A stretch of DNA of 63,442 nucleotides, counting the filler, from Babesia bigemina (Eukaryota): assembly GCF_000981445.1 (NCBI RefSeq). It is 6 parts of 6 records of this genome, joined end to end, with 100 filler letters (N's around TTAATTAATTAA, not from the genome) between each part and the next. Parts side by side here need not be neighbours in the genome. Positions count along the whole stretch, not along the records: positions 1 to 15,769 come from NW_012237310.1; 5 more parts are not named here. One strand, given 5' to 3'. Below the pieces are notes generated by a model. The model had not been told where the DNA came from. It saw only the letters and a program-made list of their open reading frames with translations, and ran no database searches. Below, one piece after another: positions 1-9,223 of the stretch. The position numbers and the translations under genes are program-made. The first letter of the stretch is position 1, and each line of letters opens with the position of its first letter.

Positions 1-275
1 GCTGCCGAGACCATGTCATCGCTGCCGTAACCATGTCATCGCTGCCGTGACCGTGACATCGCTGCCGTGTTGATGTCATCGCTGCCGTGTTGATGTCATC
101 GCTGCTGTAACCATGTCACCGCTGCCGTAACTATGTCATCGCTGCCGTGACCATGTCATCGCTGCCGTGACCATGTCATTGCTGCCGTGACCGTGTCATC
201 GCTGCCGTAACCATGTCATCGCTGCCGTGACCGTGTCATCGCTGCCGTGACCATGTCATCGCTGCCGTGACCATC
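1..275. repeat. 20-bp tandem minisatellite (GCTGCCGTGACCATGTCATC)n
   Basis: Direct 20-bp periodicity from window start; same unit recurs at 8433, 22579, 29389 and 36494. Confidence 0.95.
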
Positions 276-605
276 AACTTGGTCAGGTGCTTGGTCACCA
301 CGTTGGTCGTGGCATTGGTCATGGCATTGGTCAGCTGTTAGGTCATGGCATTGGTCAGCACATAGGTCACCACGTTGGTCAGCACATAGGTCAGCACTTT
401 GGTCACCACTTTGGTCACCACGTTGGTCAACACGTTGGTCAACACATTGGTCATCACATTGGTCATCACATTGGTCATGTGCTAGGTCACCACTTTGGTC
501 ATGGCATTGGTCAGCACATAGGTCGGCACATTGGTCATGGCATTGGTCAGCACTTTGGTCACCACGTTGGTCAGCGCTTTGGTCATGGCATTGGTCAACA
601 CTTTA
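276..605. repeat. 12-bp tandem minisatellite (TTGGTCAGCACN-type)
   Basis: TTGGTCA core every 12 bp with variant units; gives the spurious (GQHV)n ORF. Confidence 0.95.
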
Positions 606-728
606 GTTAAATATTTCACAATCACACACAACAATTAATGAGTGATACAACACATTAAAGCACAATTCATAAGTTAGGTGAGTAGGTGATATGCTAGGTG
701 AGTGTAGATAGTAAACACGTGAGTACGA
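606..728 (-). other. Conserved ~120-bp 3' tail/UTR of ves cassette 1
   Basis: Near-identical block directly after the stop codon of all five complete repeat-flanked ves ORFs. Confidence 0.8.
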
Positions 729-3700
729 TTATGGTTGCAGATAAAACACCCTCCCCAGTTTGTTAACACGTGCAGCGGCGAGTAGTGATTGAGCAGCTAT
801 GCGATGACTCGAGGGACTATGCAAATGCGATTTGATGTGTAGGAGATCGAGGCGGATGACCATGATGTGGAGGAGGTAGAGGAAAGAGAGGAGCCAGAGG
901 GCGACGGTGGTCCAGAAGAATTTGTCTCGAATATCAAAAAGGAACTCATCGATAGCCTTGATTAGTGCGATAAGTACGGAATCTTTGTGAAGCACTCGTT
1001 CCAATGCACTGCAAAAATCAGCGCACGTCCGTATTTTAGCATCTCCCTTCTTGCCACTCAGTTCATGAGGGCTGCCAAAAGTGAAACCGTATTTGTACAG
1101 AGTAGGATGCGTGTCGGGGCACTTGACGATGGAGTTGCAGTCTTCAGAGTGTTTCTTACTTCTAAGCTCCTTGTTAACTGGTTTTGCGGGATACTTAACA
1201 GGACATGTTTTGATGCAGCTCTTATCGCAGCATCTGGTTCCAGGAGTAGCGCACTTTTTGCAGCACTCCTTGTACAGCTTGTCAAGCAAGGTGTAGAATG
1301 TCTCAGTGAGATAGACAATCCACGAGAGATAATTTCCGGCGTGCTTGTTGGAGAACATGGAACGCGTTTGCAAAGTAAGCGACTGCAGGTAAGGACCACA
1401 CGGATACGCTGGATTGCTTGTCCTATTGCAACGCACAAGAGTGTATAGATCACCCTTGAGATGACCAGAGTCGTCGACGGAGGAAGTTGACGTAACGTGA
1501 TCACTGGTTACTTGAATGGAAACAACTTGCAGCTTTTCGTAGTGTTCACCGAAATAGGCTGCATCGACAGCGGCATCAAAAGCACTCTTCTTATGCTTAG
1601 TCTGCTCGAAGTTCTCAAGCAACCCATGGTAGAAGGCAAACAGGTCACCCAGAGTCTGAGGCGTTTGACGTGTTAAGCAAGTAAGCATACCACACAGCTG
1701 CGTGAGGGCGGAGGACGTACCGCAGAAGTCGGCAAGTGCCTTTCTCAGATGCGCGCCTGTTTGAACATGTGAAGCTACTTGACTAAGGTATCTGAAACCC
1801 ATTGGCGTTTTGCATGGTATTCCTCTATGATTTGAGACTGTGCATTCCCATTTACAACCTGGCTTTGTAAACGAATGCGGCAGGAACCCGGGCAATCCAT
1901 CTTCCAAAAATGATTGAAGTGGCGATTTTACTCCGCACTTAGGGTGTTGCTTGCAGTTTTGGTTACATGTTTGGTCACCCGTTTGGTCGGTGTTTTGGTT
2001 GGCACATTGCTTTGTGTTGCAAGTCCATGCCGAACCGCCAATTCGCTGGCCGTAGAGACAGTCCGACCAACCGCTGCTATATTGGCTGTTGCGGCACTGG
2101 CTGTATATGAAGACGCATTGGTGATAAACTCTTGCCAATATGTCAGACAGCATGTCCAGGCAAGCACCGGCAGTGCTAGGATACAAAAGGTGATCTGGGT
2201 TGGTGTTGAAGTCAACGGCGTAGATACCGCTTTCGTGGCCATGTCCAAGGATGGCGATCAACACTTGCTCGGCATAGGCACAAACTTCTCCGAGGGTAGC
2301 GGATAGGTTCCCAGCAGATATCGGTCGCGGGTAGGCATCCAAGGTTTCGGAACTGTCGTCTCCGAATGATACACTTTCTCCGTCATCTTGCAACTTCGGT
2401 GCATCGCGTTTTTCGAACAGGTCGCTAAATCCGCTGACCGTCAGTTCCGAGTAGACAGCAGTGTGAGTGAGGCCGGTAAGCCACATGAGCATCTGGTATA
2501 CATTTGACGGCGTGGTAGGCTTGGGAACGTGCTTCAGGTGGCAAACGTCATAATACTGGTGGAGGCTGTCGTAGAGGTATTCGAGAAGTTTGTGCAGTTT
2601 TAACGTTTCACCGCCACTTTCCATATATCCGTCCAATAGCTTTTTCGTTGTCGCGTCTAAGCTGCCAAACTGATGGTAGCATAAGTCGCGAATATTGGAC
2701 CCTATCATTCCATCCGACCTCTGTAACTCACCATCTTGCTTAGTTTCACTGGTCGCCACTGTATAGCCACGTTCGACGAAGAACGTTCCGAGAGGATTAG
2801 CGATATATTCCGTTTTGATAACTTTGCTGCCCTTTTTCGTATGTTGTACAACTTTGCCTAGATGGATCTGCTCGCCGTTCCAAGCACTGTAGTCATTCCT
2901 CAATTTATAGAAATCAGCAAACAGAATCTGTAGAGACGTTAGAAACACTTTAGCACAGTTCCGTCCGTCGTCGGTCAGCGTCTGATTTTTCTCAGACGTC
3001 TTTTCACTCCCCCCCTTCGGAGCATCGGCCAGCCACTGACGTATCGGCTCAGCGCCGAGGTACTTGGGAATGTAGACCTTATTCAGCTCGCCAGCAAATG
3101 CGCCAAGACCTGCTACAATGCAGTCTAAGAGCGGGCTGTTCGGGTTTGAGAAGCCGTCTGGCTTGAGCATGGAGAGAGCAGAGGTGAGGTCGTCGAGCAT
3201 CAGAGGGATCTCGTGGTCGAAGCGCTTCTCATTCTTTAAGTGACTACAAACAGCGCTGAATCTGTGATGTATGTATTTAAGAGTAGGAGCGTATGATGCT
3301 TCGCTGCCTTGACGAACGGGACCCTTGTTATTGTTTTTGGTGTTCACCCTATCGATTTCTGTAATCATGTAGTTCTTTATCGGTGTAAAGCAGTTCATTA
3401 AAGCAAGTGACATACCGGCAAAATGTTGCGGAATATACTCAGTTGACTGATATATTGTGCCTGCAAGTTCTTTGAACCGCTTAATAATGTCTCCATTTCT
3501 ATGATCAGCGTCCGTATGTCCATCCGCGGACGTTTTCACAAAGCCCTTAAAGCCAACGGTCAGGTCTCTGTTGATATCTTCAGGTATTCCATCCAGCTCA
3601 GCGGTAGCTTTTTGGATGAATTCGGTCAGCTGCGATTTCATGAATGAGATGTACTTGGTTCTGATGGAATCAATGACGGTGTCTTTGGCGTCATCAAGTT

Positions 3701-6617
3701 GTTGAGTGACGTGTTGTTGCAGTTGTTCAACGATGAGTTCACTCGAAGAAGTGGATTGTATGATGATATCCTGGACTTGCTGCATTAATGGGTTCAGCTT
3801 GTCCGTTTGCAGTCTGTTGATGTCTTCTTTGAATTTCTGTAGAGTGCCGTCGGCGTGTGGCTTCTCTCTTGATATCCATTCTTTCAACTTTTCTAATTTG
3901 TTCTTCGCACATTCATTACTAGCAGTTGCTGCCTGTAAAATAGCATTGCAAAAAACCTGCATATGACTGTGAAAGTTGCTGAGATCTCGCCTGATAAGCT
4001 TGTCATCTACTGTGGTATTTAATTTGCTGAAAGCCATCAGAGCGTTCGTTCGAATTGCTTCAATCGAATTACCAAGAACACCACCTTTGCTAACATAACT
4101 TTTGTAAGCTGTCATTTTGTCTCTAATGCCGTGATCACCACTATAGAAATAGTTTGACATCGCAATGTCTATATCTGCTCCAAGTTCCTTGGAGGTCAAA
4201 ATGGTACCAAGTTGCTCAATCTTATCCTTGACAAGGTCCAACGCTCCTTGGATTTTATCGCCGGCTGTTCCGGTGTTATTTATTACATTTCTTATTGAGT
4301 TCGTTTTTGTGATAGCGTCATGCACGTTTTTGTGCAGGTTGGAAGTAGTGATGAGTTTTGCAACTTGTGCGGAAACATTCTTGGCAGCTGAGGTAAGAGC
4401 AGATACAGTTGCATCCATAGCATATTTTAAAATTGTTCTGTTATTGTGAAGACCTTTATCTTTTAAAACGTCAGCAGCAACTCCCTCAACGATGTCTGAG
4501 ATAAGCGCATGAATATCCCCTTTAGCAACTTTTGTATCAAGTTGAGCAGCGAATTCCGCGGACCCTGTCTCCAACCTCTTGTAACTTTTCACAATATCAT
4601 TATCTGAGGCGTCTTTCGAGCCTTTCGTTGCAAAAGATTGACCTGCTGTTTCAATTTGAGATTTAAGTGCCGTCCTAATTGAAGTTGCAATTTTGCTGAT
4701 GTGATTCTTTGTTATCTCACTTCGATAGTCACTATATTTGGAACTCAAATTGTTGCTGTTCGCATCAAAATAGGCTTTCATTTTGCTCTTCACGGGTTCA
4801 CTCCCCAAAATATCTTTCAACCACTCCTCCACTGTATTCCCAAAATTACTATCGGCGTAGGTTTCTGTAACATACTCCGTAAATCCACGAACAATACCTC
4901 TCAATCCGTCATAATTACGGGAACGTTCATCACCTTCAATTTTCTCTACAAAAGAATTAATAACGAATTTAAGAACATCCCAATTATAATCAATACTATC
5001 CCCGTTTTCATTTTTGCCTGCCTTATTCTTATTACCAACTTCTGTTTGAATTTCGCTAAGCATAACTGCAGCTTCTTCAACGTATTCTTCCACTTGCTTC
5101 TTTATTTCACTACTCAATGTCTTTAATCCCTTAATAATCTCTGCATCCAATCCCGTTACCGCATCACTCACCGCTGTTATCAATTTAGGTAGAGCATCTT
5201 TTGACGCATAATACGCTTTATACAAATCCAAGCCTTTCTTCTCCAACGCTTTAACAGACTCTATAAGTTTGTCCTTATGTGAAGTTTTGCTTCCACCAAC
5301 CTCACAAGCAATACTTTCCACGTTCCTTATGGTTAATTCGACAGCTTTGTGCGACTTTTCTATCCAATCATGAAGCCTTTCAACATGCTGCGACAATGTG
5401 TCATTAATTTCTGACATTTTTTGTATAAGCGCTCTAACGATGGCTGTTAACTCGTCGATGAATGAATTTATCTTCTGCGTTACCGTCGTCGTAATTGACT
5501 CCTTGGCATCATTCAGCTGAACGCCGACCAACTTAGTCACCTCCTCAAAGTCTGATTTTTGGCGTTCATATAGTTGACTCAGCCTTTTACGTTGATATTT
5601 AACGATTTCCGTTTTGCTTTTTAGTTTGTTCATTAAATCACCTTGAAGGTCATTAACATGGTCATTAGCATCTTTGATAGCACCCACGTACCGTTCGGCA
5701 TGATGCAGACATGTCTCAATTTGCTTATTAATTTTCTCAACGGAGTTACTAGCTGAATCATTTTGAAGTTCTTTTTTAATCGGTTCAACGTTTGAAGATA
5801 ACGTAGTTATTGCATTTTTAACATTCTCATTACTCTCCCTCACCCTATCATTATACCTCCCCACCCCTGCGACCACCTCTCCAATCGCATCATTAAAACC
5901 TTTTTTACCGGCGTGTTTATTGGCCTCAAGTGACGTAATTGCACTAGTAATTGTCTCTTTATGCTGCCCTAAATGCTTGTAGATGTTACTGAGAACACCA
6001 CTCAAAAATCCCATCACCCCGTCACACAGCCTGTCAAGGTCAGAGTACACAATCCCCTGGCCGTCGTAGCCTTTGGAAGTCTTATCGTAACCAAGAAAAG
6101 TCTGAAGGCCGTCACATAAATTATCTAAGAGGTTTTTAGGATTATTTGATGCATTTTTAAGATTCTTATAATTTTCACAAAGCTCCTCCACTTTCCTCAA
6201 AGCGTCCAACTTGGAGTGCAATTTGGCTAGCTCAGCAGAGGGAGAGGGGGAAGAAGGAAGATTATAAAGGTTATTAGGCTGTTTAAGTTGTTCTTCAAGA
6301 AGCTTAATTTGCTGAGTAACTCGCTGACTAAGCTTCTCAATTACATCGGTGCCAACAGCCTGGCCAGCAGAGTTGACAGACTCAGAAAGCTTAGTAACAA
6401 GAGAAATGTAAACATCATTTAGGTCATTTTTAAGCTCTTCATTACTGTTAATTACAACGATAATAGCATTCTTAACGGCTTTCTTAACAATCTCACTTTG
6501 ACCAACAAATCCTCCAAGCTGTCCAGCCAGGTGACCAAGGCTAATGAGCTTGGAGTCAATGTCCTTTATGGCTCTTCTAGTAGCATCGTCAGTGAGAGAA
6601 TGGTCAGTATCAACAAG
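729..6617 (-). CDS. ves1: Variant erythrocyte surface antigen (VESA1/ves1-like), cassette 1; frame open from 6617 but no 5' ATG (first in-frame ATG at 6014)
   Basis: GIVYSDLDRLCDGVM motif, long helical middle, Cys-rich C-terminal domain, TM segment and the tail RLDLLHIKSHLHSPSSHRIAAQSLLAAARVNKL.RVFYLQP typical of Babesia ves proteins. The ORF-track start at 6221 is TTG and the frame is bounded upstream by TAA TAA. Confidence 0.85.
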   Translation of the reverse strand, partial: LVDTDHSLTDDATRRAIKDIDSKLISLGHLAGQLGGFVGQSEIVKKAVKNAIIVVINSNEELKNDLNDVYISLVTKLSESVNSAGQAVGTDVIEKLSQRVTQQIKLLEEQLKQPNNLYNLPSSPSPSAELAKLHSKLDALRKVEELCENYKNLKNASNNPKNLLDNLCDGLQTFLGYDKTSKGYDGQGIVYSDLDRLCDGVMGFLSGVLSNIYKHLGQHKETITSAITSLEANKHAGKKGFNDAIGEVVAGVGRYNDRVRESNENVKNAITTLSSNVEPIKKELQNDSASNSVEKINKQIETCLHHAERYVGAIKDANDHVNDLQGDLMNKLKSKTEIVKYQRKRLSQLYERQKSDFEEVTKLVGVQLNDAKESITTTVTQKINSFIDELTAIVRALIQKMSEINDTLSQHVERLHDWIEKSHKAVELTIRNVESIACEVGGSKTSHKDKLIESVKALEKKGLDLYKAYYASKDALPKLITAVSDAVTGLDAEIIKGLKTLSSEIKKQVEEYVEEAAVMLSEIQTEVGNKNKAGKNENGDSIDYNWDVLKFVINSFVEKIEGDERSRNYDGLRGIVRGFTEYVTETYADSNFGNTVEEWLKDILGSEPVKSKMKAYFDANSNNLSSKYSDYRSEITKNHISKIATSIRTALKSQIETAGQSFATKGSKDASDNDIVKSYKRLETGSAEFAAQLDTKVAKGDIHALISDIVEGVAADVLKDKGLHNNRTILKYAMDATVSALTSAAKNVSAQVAKLITTSNLHKNVHDAITKTNSIRNVINNTGTAGDKIQGALDLVKDKIEQLGTILTSKELGADIDIAMSNYFYSGDHGIRDKMTAYKSYVSKGGVLGNSIEAIRTNALMAFSKLNTTVDDKLIRRDLSNFHSHMQVFCNAILQAATASNECAKNKLEKLKEWISREKPHADGTLQKFKEDINRLQTDKLNPLMQQVQDIIIQSTSSSELIVEQLQQHVTQQLDDAKDTVIDSIRTKYISFMKSQLTEFIQKATAELDGIPEDINRDLTVGFKGFVKTSADGHTDADHRNGDIIKRFKELAGTIYQSTEYIPQHFAGMSLALMNCFTPIKNYMITEIDRVNTKNNNKGPVRQGSEASYAPTLKYIHHRFSAVCSHLKNEKRFDHEIPLMLDDLTSALSMLKPDGFSNPNSPLLDCIVAGLGAFAGELNKVYIPKYLGAEPIRQWLADAPKGGSEKTSEKNQTLTDDGRNCAKVFLTSLQILFADFYKLRNDYSAWNGEQIHLGKVVQHTKKGSKVIKTEYIANPLGTFFVERGYTVATSETKQDGELQRSDGMIGSNIRDLCYHQFGSLDATTKKLLDGYMESGGETLKLHKLLEYLYDSLHQYYDVCHLKHVPKPTTPSNVYQMLMWLTGLTHTAVYSELTVSGFSDLFEKRDAPKLQDDGESVSFGDDSSETLDAYPRPISAGNLSATLGEVCAYAEQVLIAILGHGHESGIYAVDFNTNPDHLLYPSTAGACLDMLSDILARVYHQCVFIYSQCRNSQYSSGWSDCLYGQRIGGSAWTCNTKQCANQNTDQTGDQTCNQNCKQHPKCGVKSPLQSFLEDGLPGFLPHSFTKPGCKWECTVSNHRGIPCKTPMGFRYLSQVASHVQTGAHLRKALADFCGTSSALTQLCGMLTCLTRQTPQTLGDLFAFYHGLLENFEQTKHKKSAFDAAVDAAYFGEHYEKLQVVSIQVTSDHVTSTSSVDDSGHLKGDLYTLVRCNRTSNPAYPCGPYLQSLTLQTRSMFSNKHAGNYLSWIVYLTETFYTLLDKLYKECCKKCATPGTRCCDKSCIKTCPVKYPAKPVNKELRSKKHSEDCNSIVKCPDTHPTLYKYGFTFGSPHELSGKKGDAKIRTCADFCSALERVLHKDSVLIALIKAIDEFLFDIRDKFFWTTVALWLLSFLYLLHIMVIRLDLLHIKSHLHSPSSHRIAAQSLLAAARVNKLGRVFYLQP

Positions 6618-6806
6618 TTATTATAATGGTTTATGGAGGTCATAGCGTTAATAAGACGAAGTAATTCGAGAGATTTGAAGATAGGGTGAACATGATGGGA
6701 CATGGCAGTGGCAAGAGGTGGATGGAGGGAAGTGAAGGGTGACAAGGCACAAGTTATTGCTATGGTTTAAAGAGGTCATAGCGGTGTTATGGCGAAGTAA
6801 TTCGAA
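6618..6806 (-). other. Conserved cassette leader (long type) with out-of-frame uORF
   Basis: Closely matches 16175-16361 and 29787-29973; begins exactly at the edge of the 22-bp array. Confidence 0.75.
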
Positions 6807-8398
6807 GGATGTAGAGTGGGTTAAGGGGCGATGTGGAGTGGATAGAGGGGCGATGTAAGGTGGGTTAGGGAGCGATTAGAGGAGGTTAAGGGGCGATGTA
6901 GAGTGGATTAGGGAGCGATGCAGAGTGGGTTAAGGGGCGATGTAGAGTGGATAAAGGAGCGATGTAGAGTGGATAAGGGAGGGATGTAGAGTGGGTAAAG
7001 GGCGATGTGGAATGCGTTAGGGAGCGATGTAGAGTGGATAAGGAGCGATGTGGAGTGGATAAAGGGGCGATGTAGAGTGGGTAAAGGAGCGATGTGGAGT
7101 GGATAAAGGAGCGATGTAGAGTGGGTTAGGGAGCGATGTAGAGTGGATAAAGGGGCGATGTAGAGTGGGTAAAGGAGCGATGTAGAGTGGGTAAAGGAGC
7201 GATGTAGAGTGGATAAAGGGGCGATGTAGAGTGGGTAAAGGAGCGATGTAGAGTGGGTAAAGGAGCGATGAAGGGTGGATAGAGGAGCGATGTAAGGTGG
7301 GTTAGGGAGCAATGTGGAGTGGGTTAGGGAGCGATGTGGAGTGGATAAAGGGGCGATGTATAGTGGGTTAAGGAGCGATGTAGAGTGGTTTAGGGGCGAT
7401 GTGGAGTGGATAGAGGGGCGATGTAAGGTGGGTTAGGGAGCGATTAGAGGAGGTTAAGGGGCGATGTGGAGTGGACAAAGGGGCGATGTAGAGTGGATAG
7501 AGGAGCGATGTGGAGTGGATTAGGGAGCGATGTAGAGTGGGTAAAGGGGCGATGTGGAGTGGGTAAAGGAGCGATGTAGAGTGGATTAGGGAGCGATGCA
7601 GAGTGGGTTAAGGGGCGATGTAGAGTGGATTAGGGAGCGATGCAGAGTGGGTTAAGGGGCGATGTAGAGTGGATAAAGGAGCGATGTAGAGTGGATAAGG
7701 GAGGGATGTAGAGTGGGTTAAGGGGCGATGTAGAGTGACTAAAGGGGCGATGTAGAGTGGGTAAAGGGGCGATGTAGAGTGGATAAAAGGGCGATGTAGA
7801 GTGGGTTAGGGAGCGATGTGGAGTGGGTTAAGGGGCGATGTAGAGTGGATTAGGGAGCGATGTAGAGTGGGTAAAGGGGCGATGTAGAGTGGATAAAGGC
7901 GCGATGTAGAGTGGATAAAGGGGCGATGTAGAGTGGGTTAAGGAGCGATGAGGAGTGGGTTAGGGAGCGATGAAGAGTGGGTAAAGGGCGATGTAGAGTG
8001 GGTAAAGGGGCGATGTAGAGTGGGTTAAGGGGCGATGTAGAGTGGGTTAAGGGGCGATGTAGAGTGGATTAGGGAGCGATGAAGAGTGGGTAAAGGGGCG
8101 ATGTAGAGTGGGTTAGGGAGCGATGTGGAGTGGGTAAAGGGGCGATGTAGAGTGGGTAAAAGGGCGATGTGGAGTGGATAAGGAGCGATGTGGAGTGGGT
8201 TAGGGAGCGATGTAGAGTGGATAGAGGAGCGATGTGGAGTGGATAAGGGGCGATGTAGAGTGGGTTAAGGAGCGATGTAGAGTGGATAAAGAAGCGATGT
8301 GGAGTGGGTTAGGGAGCGATGTAGAGTGGATAAAGGAGCGATGTAGAGTGGATAAAGGAGCGATGTAGGGTGGGTTAAGGGGCGATGTAGAGTGGATA
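6807..8398. repeat. 22-bp G-rich tandem array (GCGATGTAGAGTGGGTTAAGGG/GGGTTAGGGA variants)
   Basis: GCGATGT(A/G)GAGTGG every 21-22 bp; strong G skew. Confidence 0.95.
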
Positions 8399-8432
8399 AC
8401 AATCACCACTTTGGTCAGCTGCTTGGTCACCA

Positions 8433-8657
8433 CTGTCATCGCTGCTGTGTCCATGTCATCGCTGCCGTGTTGATGTCATCGCTGCCGTGACCATGTCATC
8501 GCTGCCGTGTCCATGTCATCGCTGCCGTGTCTATGTCATCGCTGCCGTAACCATGTCATCGCTGCCGTAACCATGTCATCTGCTTTGTCACCACTGTCAT
8601 CGCTGCCCTGACCATGTCATCGCTGCCGTAATCATTTACTGTCATCGCTGCCGTGAC
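8433..8657. repeat. 20-bp tandem minisatellite
   Basis: (GCTGCCGTGACCATGTCATC)n variants. Confidence 0.92.
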
Positions 8658-9097
8658 CACTAACTTGGTCAACACTTTGGTCAACACCTTGGTCATGGCA
8701 TTGGTCAGCACCTTGGTCAGCACCTTGGTCATGGCATTGGTCACCACTCAGGTCAGCACCTTGGTCAGCACTTTGGTCACCACTTTGGTCATGGCATTGG
8801 TCACCACCTTGGTCACCACGTTGGTCAGCACCTTGGTCAACACTTTGGTCAACACCTTGGTCATGGCATTGGTCAGCACTTTGGTCACCACTTTGGTCAT
8901 GGCATTGGTCACCACCTTGGTCAACACGTTGGTCAGCACCTTGGTCAGCACCTTGGTCATGGCATTGGTCACCACTCAGGTCAGCACCTTGGTCAGCACT
9001 TTGGTCACCACTTTGGTCAACACATTGGTCAGGTGCTTGGTCAGCACATTGGTCATCACGTTGGTCACCACGTTGGTCAGCACATTGGTCAACACTT
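8658..9097. repeat. 12-bp tandem minisatellite
   Basis: TTGGTCA core every 12 bp. Confidence 0.95.
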
Positions 9098-9223
9098 CAG
9101 TTAACTACTACACAATCACATATTACAACAATTAATGAGTGATAGAACAGATTAAAGCACAATTCATAAGTTAGGTGAGTAGGTGATGCTAGGTGAGTGT
9201 AGATAGTAAACACGTGAGTGAGA
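9098..9223 (-). other. Conserved 3' tail/UTR of ves cassette 2
   Basis: Nearly identical to 606-728. Confidence 0.8.

Noticed and set aside
1..605. CRISPR array
   Set aside because: Units are contiguous with no unique spacers, no cas genes are present, and the context is eukaryotic.
287..610. His/Gly-rich, (VLTK)n, (TLVS)n and (ADQS)n ORFs here and at 8556-9135, 22253-22737, 29001-29427 and 36025-36546
   Set aside because: These are translations of the 12-bp minisatellite, which is a multiple of three and stop-poor in several frames; there is no independent coding evidence.
729..6221. Bacterial Ebh/SMC/phage coiled-coil protein or transposase identity for the long ORFs
   Set aside because: Any such similarity would come from generic helical composition. 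The termini are ves-specific, and no transposase, RT or integrase motifs were seen.
6908..8454. ORFs with HSTSLL/LYIAPL repeats (also 29529-29816)
   Set aside because: By-products of the 22-bp array.
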